This document shows, one piece after another, positions 58,755-64,000 of a stretch of 64,000 nucleotides of DNA. The notes below the pieces were generated by a model. That model searched no databases, was not told the DNA's origin, and saw nothing but the letters and a program-made list of their open reading frames with translations. The position numbers and the translations under genes were made by a program. The DNA lies in assembly GCA_963805085.1 (NCBI GenBank), contig CAWDTA010000005.1, positions 544,001-608,000 of the forward strand. The letters are read 5' to 3'. Source of the stretch: an uncultured Veillonellaceae bacterium. GTDB taxonomy: Bacteria > Bacillota > Negativicutes > JARBTT01. Within the stretch, counting starts at the first letter, position 1. The number at the start of each line of letters is the position of its first letter.

Positions 58755-60284
58755 ATGTCTACTGTTCAAGAAAAAATTGATCTTATGAGAGCAAAACAAG
58801 CAAAAGTTATGCTTGGCGGCGGCGAAGATCGTATTGGAAAACAACATGCAAAAGGTAAAATGACTGCTCGTGAACGTATGAATATGTTCTTTGATGAAGG
58901 CACTTTTGTAGAATTGGATCAGTTCGTAACACATCGTTGCACAAATTTTGGTATGGAAAAGAAATCTCTTCCTGGTGAAGGGGTTGTGGCTGGTTATGGT
59001 TCCGTAAACGGACGCCTTGTTTATGCATTTGCGCAAGATTTCACTGTTGAAGGTGGTTCGCTTGGTGAAATGCATGCAGCCAAAATCTGCAAAGTGCTAG
59101 ATTTAGCATTAAAAATGGGCGCTCCTGTAATTGGTATTAACGATTCAGGCGGAGCTCGTATCCAAGAAGCAATTGATGCTTTAAGTGGGTATGGTGAAAT
59201 ATTCTTCAAAAATACATTAGCGTCTGGTGTTATTCCACAAATTTCTGTTATTATGGGACCTTGTGCTGGTGGCGCAGTTTACTCACCGGCTTTAACAGAT
59301 TTTATTTACATGGTAAAAAACACAAGCCAAATGTTTATTACAGGACCAGCTGTTATCAAATCAGTTACGGCTGAAGAAGTTACGGCAGAACAACTTGGTG
59401 GTGCTATGACTCATAATAGTACTTCTGGTGTTGCTCATTTTGCTGCTGAAAACGAAGAAGATTGTATTGCACAAATTCGTTATTTATTAGGTTTCTTACC
59501 AAGTAACAATCTTGAAGAGTCTCCTGTAGTGGAAACTGGTGATGATCCTAATCGTATGGATGAAGCTTTAAATTCTTTGATACCAGATAATCCTAATATG
59601 CCTTATAATATGAAAGATATTATTACTTCACTTGTTGATAATGGTGAATTCTATGAAGTTCATGAACATTTCGCTCAAAACATGATTACTTGTTTCGCGC
59701 GTTTTGATGGTAAAACAGTAGGTATTATCGCTAACCAACCAAGCGTAATGGCAGGTTGTTTAGATGTGAATGCTTCAGATAAATCAGCTCGTTTTATTCG
59801 CTTCTGTGATGCATTTAATATTCCTCTTTTAAGTCTTGTTGATGTTCCAGGTTTCTTACCAGGTACTGATCAAGAATATGGTGGTATTATTCGTCATGGT
59901 GCAAAAATGCTTTATGCTTATTCTGAGGCTACTGTACCAAAAGTAACAGTGATCACTCGTAAAGCCTATGGCGGAGCTTATATTGCAATGTGTTCCCAAC
60001 ATTTGGGCGCTGATCAGGTTATGGCTTGGCCTTCATCTGAAATCGCAGTTATGGGACCTGCTGGAGCTGCTAATGTTATTTTCCGTAAGGATCCTAATGT
60101 TGCAGAAAAAACTGCAGAATACATTGAAGAATTTGCAACTCCTTATAAAGCTGCTGAACGTGGTTATGTTGATCAGGTTATCGAACCAATTGAAACAAGA
60201 CCTCGTATTATTACTGCATTAAACATGTTGGCTAGCAAACGCGAAAGTCGTCCAGCTAAAAAACATGGTAATATTCCATTATAA
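58755..60284 (+). CDS. mmdA: Methylmalonyl-CoA decarboxylase alpha / acyl-CoA carboxyltransferase
   Basis: GKMTARER, DSGGARIQE, GPCAGG, DVPGFLPG, RKAYGG, KKHGNIPL; ATG after AGGAGG. Confidence 0.9.
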   Translation: MSTVQEKIDLMRAKQAKVMLGGGEDRIGKQHAKGKMTARERMNMFFDEGTFVELDQFVTHRCTNFGMEKKSLPGEGVVAGYGSVNGRLVYAFAQDFTVEGGSLGEMHAAKICKVLDLALKMGAPVIGINDSGGARIQEAIDALSGYGEIFFKNTLASGVIPQISVIMGPCAGGAVYSPALTDFIYMVKNTSQMFITGPAVIKSVTAEEVTAEQLGGAMTHNSTSGVAHFAAENEEDCIAQIRYLLGFLPSNNLEESPVVETGDDPNRMDEALNSLIPDNPNMPYNMKDIITSLVDNGEFYEVHEHFAQNMITCFARFDGKTVGIIANQPSVMAGCLDVNASDKSARFIRFCDAFNIPLLSLVDVPGFLPGTDQEYGGIIRHGAKMLYAYSEATVPKVTVITRKAYGGAYIAMCSQHLGADQVMAWPSSEIAVMGPAGAANVIFRKDPNVAEKTAEYIEEFATPYKAAERGYVDQVIEPIETRPRIITALNMLASKRESRPAKKHGNIPL

Positions 60285-60301
60285 GAAAGGGTGATAGCGT
60301 A

Positions 60302-60484
60302 ATGAAAATCAATGCAAAAGACGTTAACCCTGAAGTAGTTGCTGTTATTACAGCCGCTGTTCATGAAATGATGGGAAATATTGGATGTTTAACAATATCT
60401 CCTGCTGGAGTTAAAGCAATCAGCTTTAAAACCGCTTCTGCTTGGTCTATGTCTGGTCGTCAACGCTTAATGAATGCGTTTTAA
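60302..60484 (+). CDS. Small epsilon-like subunit (MmdE / acyl-CoA carboxylase epsilon-like)
   Basis: PEVVAVITAAV and W..SGR..LM motifs; no N-terminal TM; lies between mmdA and mmdC. Confidence 0.7.
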   Translation: MKINAKDVNPEVVAVITAAVHEMMGNIGCLTISPAGVKAISFKTASAWSMSGRQRLMNAF

Positions 60485-60519
60485 TAATTTTTAAATATGA
60501 TTTTTTGGAGGAATATTAA

Positions 60520-60888
60520 ATGAAAAAATTTAACATTAAAGTTAACGGTACTGCTTATGAAGTTGAAGTTGAAGAAGTAAAAGCTGCTGCGGCTCCTAAA
60601 GCTGCTGCACCTGTAGCACCTGCAAAACCTGCAGCACCTGCTACAGCATCTGCTCAAACAGCTGTTGCTGCAGGTGATACTCCTGTGAATGCACCAATGC
60701 CTGGTAAAATCGTGAAACTTGTAGCTACTGCTGGTCAAACTGTAAAAAAAGGTGAAGTTCTTCTTATCCTTGAAGCTATGAAGATGCAAAATGAAATCAG
60801 TGCTCCAGTTGCTGGCACTTTAAAAGGCTTTAACGTTGCTGCGGGTCAAAACGTAAAACCTGGTGAAGTTTTAGCTGTTATTGGCTAA
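60520..60888 (+). CDS. mmdC: Biotin carboxyl carrier (methylmalonyl-CoA decarboxylase gamma)
   Basis: VNG..YEVEVEE, Ala/Pro linker, EAMKM. Confidence 0.9.
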   Translation: MKKFNIKVNGTAYEVEVEEVKAAAAPKAAAPVAPAKPAAPATASAQTAVAAGDTPVNAPMPGKIVKLVATAGQTVKKGEVLLILEAMKMQNEISAPVAGTLKGFNVAAGQNVKPGEVLAVIG

Positions 60889-60954
60889 TTGATTCGTAAT
60901 AAAAACACATGTTTTGCTATGTGATCGTCATATAAAAAAATAGGTTTTAAATTT

Positions 60955-60994
60955 GGAGGAGTCTGTTCAAACAGGCTCCTCTTTGTTTTTTTTT
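60955..60994 (+). terminator. Terminator ending the propionate operon
   Basis: GGAGGAGTCTGTT...AACAGGCTCCTCT plus long T tract. Confidence 0.88.
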
Positions 60995-61124
60995 ATGAAT
61001 CATATAAGAAAGTTTATGATTTAAGCTAATAGAATTACCTTTTATTTCCAAAAAATTAGGTTTATGTTATAAATTTCAATATAATAAAGGCTGGATCAGT
61101 TTATTGGTGTAAGGAGATTGTAAG

Positions 61125-61373
61125 ATGTTTTGTTCAAAGTGTGGAAGTAAGTTAGAGCCTGAAAAAAAAATCTGTTGTCACTGTGGCAATCAAGTAGATC
61201 CTATAAAAGAAAAATCTAAGTTGGATGCATATGTAGATGATGTTGTAGGAAAAACGATTAAATGGTCTTTTCAGGGAATTCAAACTAAAACATTCAAAGG
61301 TGGTAAAAAATTTGTTGATTGGTTTTTATATGGAATGATTATAGTGGCTTTTATTTTATATTATTTTTTATAA
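61125..61373 (+). CDS. Zinc-ribbon protein with C-terminal TM helix
   Basis: MFCSKCG...CCHCG; SD AAGGAG. Confidence 0.75.
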   Translation: MFCSKCGSKLEPEKKICCHCGNQVDPIKEKSKLDAYVDDVVGKTIKWSFQGIQTKTFKGGKKFVDWFLYGMIIVAFILYYFL

Positions 61374-61441
61374 CTTTATAGAAACTAGGGGAATAATAAA
61401 ATAAATTCAATTCTATAGTATATAGGTTTAGGGAGGGCTTC

Positions 61442-62725
61442 ATGAATATAACTGTTTTAGCGGGACTAATCTTTGTAGTAATGTATATTTTTATTGTATC
61501 AGAAAAATTTCATCGGACGATTGTAGCAATGCTTGGAGCAATTTTAATGATTCTGACAGGGGTTATTTCAGAGAAGATGGCAATTCATCATATCGATTTT
61601 AATACCTTGGGATTATTGATCGGGATGATGATCATTGTCGCAATTACTGGGCAAACAGGTTTATTTAATTATATAGCAATTTGGTCAGCTAAGAGAGCAC
61701 AGGCAAATCCAGTCAAAATTTTAATTTATTTAGCAATTGTTACGGCTGTATTTTCCGCATTTTTAGATAATGTTACCACTGTATTGCTGATCGTTCCAGT
61801 AACGATTGGAATTACAAATAAGCTGCAGGTTGATCCTATGCCTTACCTAATCATGCAAATTATTGCATCGAATATTGGTGGTACAGCGACCTTGATAGGT
61901 GATCCGCCTAATATTATGATTGGCAGTGCCGTAAAAGAACTTACTTTTGGGGCGTTTATCAATAATCTTGCGGTTATTTCAATTGTTAACTTGGGAGTCG
62001 TATTAACCGTGTTGACTTTGATGTACCGTAGACATTTAACAACAACAGAACTTTTAAAAGCTGAGTTAATGTCACTAGATGAAACGAAAGAGTTGAAAGA
62101 TAAAAAACTTTTAAAAAAATGTCTAGCGGTATTGACCTTTACAATACTAGGTTTTTTTATCCATCAAACTTTCCACATTGAATCTTCTACGGTGGCACTA
62201 AGCGGAGCTTTCTTATTGCTATTAATCGCGAGCAGTGATCACAGTTTCATAGAACATGCCATGGATAAAGTAGAATGGACAACGATCTTTTTTTTCATCG
62301 GTTTATTTATTGCAGTTGGTGGCTTGATTGAGGTAGGTATTATTAAAAAAATTGCGGAATATGGGATAGAGCTTACAGGGGGAGATGTAACCAAAACAGC
62401 CTTGTTAATTCTTTGGCTCAGTGCGATTGTATCTTCAGTTCTCGATAATATTCCATTTGTAGCGACGATGATTCCTCTGATTCAAGATATGGGGGCGATG
62501 GGTGTTAGTAACCTTGAACCATTATGGTGGAGTTTGTCACTGGGAGCATGTCTGGGAGGCAATGGCACGATTGTTGGAGCAAGTGCAAATCTCATTGTAG
62601 CAGGTATGGCGGCAGAACGTGGTCATACAATTTCTTTTGTGAGGTATTTAAAAATTGGTTTTCCGATGATGATTTTAACAATTATTTTATCAACGATTTA
62701 TGTTTATGTACGATATTTAATATAG
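61442..62725 (+). CDS. ArsB/NhaD (CitMHS/P-permease) family ion transporter
   Basis: SAFLDNVTT, SNIGG.ATLIGDPPN, DNIP, LGGNGT.VGASAN. Confidence 0.9.
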   Translation: MNITVLAGLIFVVMYIFIVSEKFHRTIVAMLGAILMILTGVISEKMAIHHIDFNTLGLLIGMMIIVAITGQTGLFNYIAIWSAKRAQANPVKILIYLAIVTAVFSAFLDNVTTVLLIVPVTIGITNKLQVDPMPYLIMQIIASNIGGTATLIGDPPNIMIGSAVKELTFGAFINNLAVISIVNLGVVLTVLTLMYRRHLTTTELLKAELMSLDETKELKDKKLLKKCLAVLTFTILGFFIHQTFHIESSTVALSGAFLLLLIASSDHSFIEHAMDKVEWTTIFFFIGLFIAVGGLIEVGIIKKIAEYGIELTGGDVTKTALLILWLSAIVSSVLDNIPFVATMIPLIQDMGAMGVSNLEPLWWSLSLGACLGGNGTIVGASANLIVAGMAAERGHTISFVRYLKIGFPMMILTIILSTIYVYVRYLI

Positions 62726-62751
62726 TTTTCAACCAGCTGTTTTATAAAATT

Positions 62752-62809
62752 AAAAAGAGTTTTCATTCAATGATTACAATGTAATCTACTTATTGAAAAC
62801 TCTTTTTTT
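62752..62809 (+). terminator. Terminator-like hairpin with nested inner stem
   Basis: AAAAAGAGTTTTCA...TGAAAACTCTTTTT enclosing GATTAC-AAT-GTAATC. Confidence 0.65.
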
Positions 62810-63049
62810 AGTGGCGATTTTTTATTACATAATAGAATGTACTGTGGTAAATATTGATATCATAATAATTTCATTTAATTATGGCTTAATATATAAATAA
62901 TGTGATATAATGTCGTGTGGTTAGATACAAATAATACTCCAATAATTTATGTTTTTTAACAAAAATTTTAAAACTAACAAGGATTTTTTTTATTTAGGTA
63001 GAAGTTATTCAAGTTTAAAAAATAAAATCAAAGTTTATTTTTATTTATA

Positions 63050-63337
63050 TTGGAGGGCAAGATATTGCGTGGTAATGCAACGAGAGGTTATGGGGTACTG
63101 ATTTTATTTGTTGTTACTGGGGCAGTTTTAGGTGGGATTCTTGGTGAAATTATCTTGGATATACCTGCTTTGTCAAGTGTAGCACCTTATTTGGTACATC
63201 AATATGCGATTCTTGATTTATCGCCAGTGATGATCAACTTATATGTGATTAAGTTATCGTTTGGTTTTGCTTTGCATCCTAATTTAATTAGTATTTTTGG
63301 TGTTGTATTGGCGATTTTTTTATTTAAACGTGTGTAA
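63050..63337 (+). CDS. DUF4321-like small membrane protein
   Basis: GAVLGGILGE...INL.VIKLSFG...N..SI.G; located upstream of maf-radC; true start may be TTG 63065. Confidence 0.7.
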   Translation: MEGKILRGNATRGYGVLILFVVTGAVLGGILGEIILDIPALSSVAPYLVHQYAILDLSPVMINLYVIKLSFGFALHPNLISIFGVVLAIFLFKRV

Positions 63338-63351
63338 TTAATTTTTGTAAA

Positions 63352-63933
63352 ATGGGGGATTCTACGTTGATTATTTTAGCTTCCTCATCGCCAAGAAGGC
63401 AAGAACTATTAAATCAAATTGGATGCAAATTTAATGTTGTACCAAGTGGGGCTGAAGAGGATAATAGTAAAGCGTTTCCACCAGAACAATTAGTAATAAA
63501 TAATGCTGTAGCGAAAGCTCAAGATGTAGCTGATAAGCTAGCTGGCAATGATGTCATCATTGGAGCAGATACTATAGTAGTGATGAATGATGAAGTTTAT
63601 GGCAAACCAGTAAATGTGGCAGATGCAAAACGAATGTTATCAAGTTTATCTGGTAATGTGCATACAGTTTATACAGGGATAGCTTTGATAAAAGGTAATA
63701 CGGTTTGGCGTGATTTCGAAAAGACAACTGTAAAACTAAGCAAGTTAACAAGTGAAGAGATTGACAAGTATATAGCGACCGGAGAACCGATGGATAAGGC
63801 AGGTGCGTATGCAATTCAAGGGCTTGCTACTGTGTTTATTGAAGAAATTCAAGGGTGTTATACAAATGTTGTCGGATTGCCTCTAAACAAATTAGCAAAT
63901 CTTTGTAAGAAAGCTGGTATCAATCTGCTATGA
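63352..63933 (+). CDS. maf: Maf family nucleotide pyrophosphatase
   Basis: ILASSSPRR, GADT.V, GKP, DKAGAY.IQ, NVVGLP. Confidence 0.95.
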   Translation: MGDSTLIILASSSPRRQELLNQIGCKFNVVPSGAEEDNSKAFPPEQLVINNAVAKAQDVADKLAGNDVIIGADTIVVMNDEVYGKPVNVADAKRMLSSLSGNVHTVYTGIALIKGNTVWRDFEKTTVKLSKLTSEEIDKYIATGEPMDKAGAYAIQGLATVFIEEIQGCYTNVVGLPLNKLANLCKKAGINLL

Positions 63934-64000
63934 CTTTAACGAAACATCTCATGTTGAAGGACTTACCAAAAGAGGAAAGACCACGGGAGAAGTTACTCAC
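63930..64000 (+). CDS. radC: RadC/JAB family protein, 5' fragment
   Basis: ATG overlaps maf stop; MTLTKHLMLKDLPKEERPREKLL. Confidence 0.85.
   Translation, partial: MTLTKHLMLKDLPKEERPREKLL

Noticed and set aside
60580-60675. GCT/GCA/CCT-rich repeat-like stretch
   Set aside because: Encodes the normal Ala/Pro linker of the biotin carrier
1-64000. CRISPR arrays, IS elements, prophage genes, cobalamin riboswitch
   Set aside because: No spaced direct repeats, transposase/integrase motifs or B12-box recognised by eye; a covariance search would be needed to exclude a divergent riboswitch

Overview
Low-GC, mostly + strand chromosomal segment, most likely from a spore-forming diderm Firmicute (Negativicutes, Sporomusaceae/Selenomonadales-like). 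That placement is an inference from lonB, sigma-H-type promoters, an O-antigen-ligase-family gene, Tat export and the succinate-propionate pathway. In order, the window holds: the end of a glpC-like CCG gene; a Fur/Zur regulator with a Zn-type ABC transporter; tRNA-Leu; a microcompartment-free ethanolamine locus (eutW-eutV-eat-eutA-eutB-eutC) with three ANTAR-type attenuators, running directly into cobT-cobS-cobC; cidA/lrgB; a CNNM/CBS protein; an orphan radical SAM/SPASM enzyme; tRNA-Gly; tig-clpP-clpX-lonB-lon-engB, where clpP and clpX carry about six clustered indels that are probably assembly errors; ahbAB; a YjeH-like exporter; a PucR/CdaR regulator; a Tat-signal, type-E (MfrABE/SdhABE-like) fumarate reductase followed by a polyprenyl synthase, tatA-tatA-tatC and UbiD/UbiA menaquinone genes; folD-fhs-metF; nfnAB; an exonuclease; DUF523; a second tRNA-Leu; T-box-valS-folC; an O-antigen ligase family gene; rex; a methylmalonyl-CoA/propionate operon lacking the Na+-pump subunits; an ArsB/NhaD transporter; DUF4321; maf; and the start of radC. 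I saw no mobile elements, prophage or CRISPR arrays. All calls come from reading motifs by eye, with no database searches.
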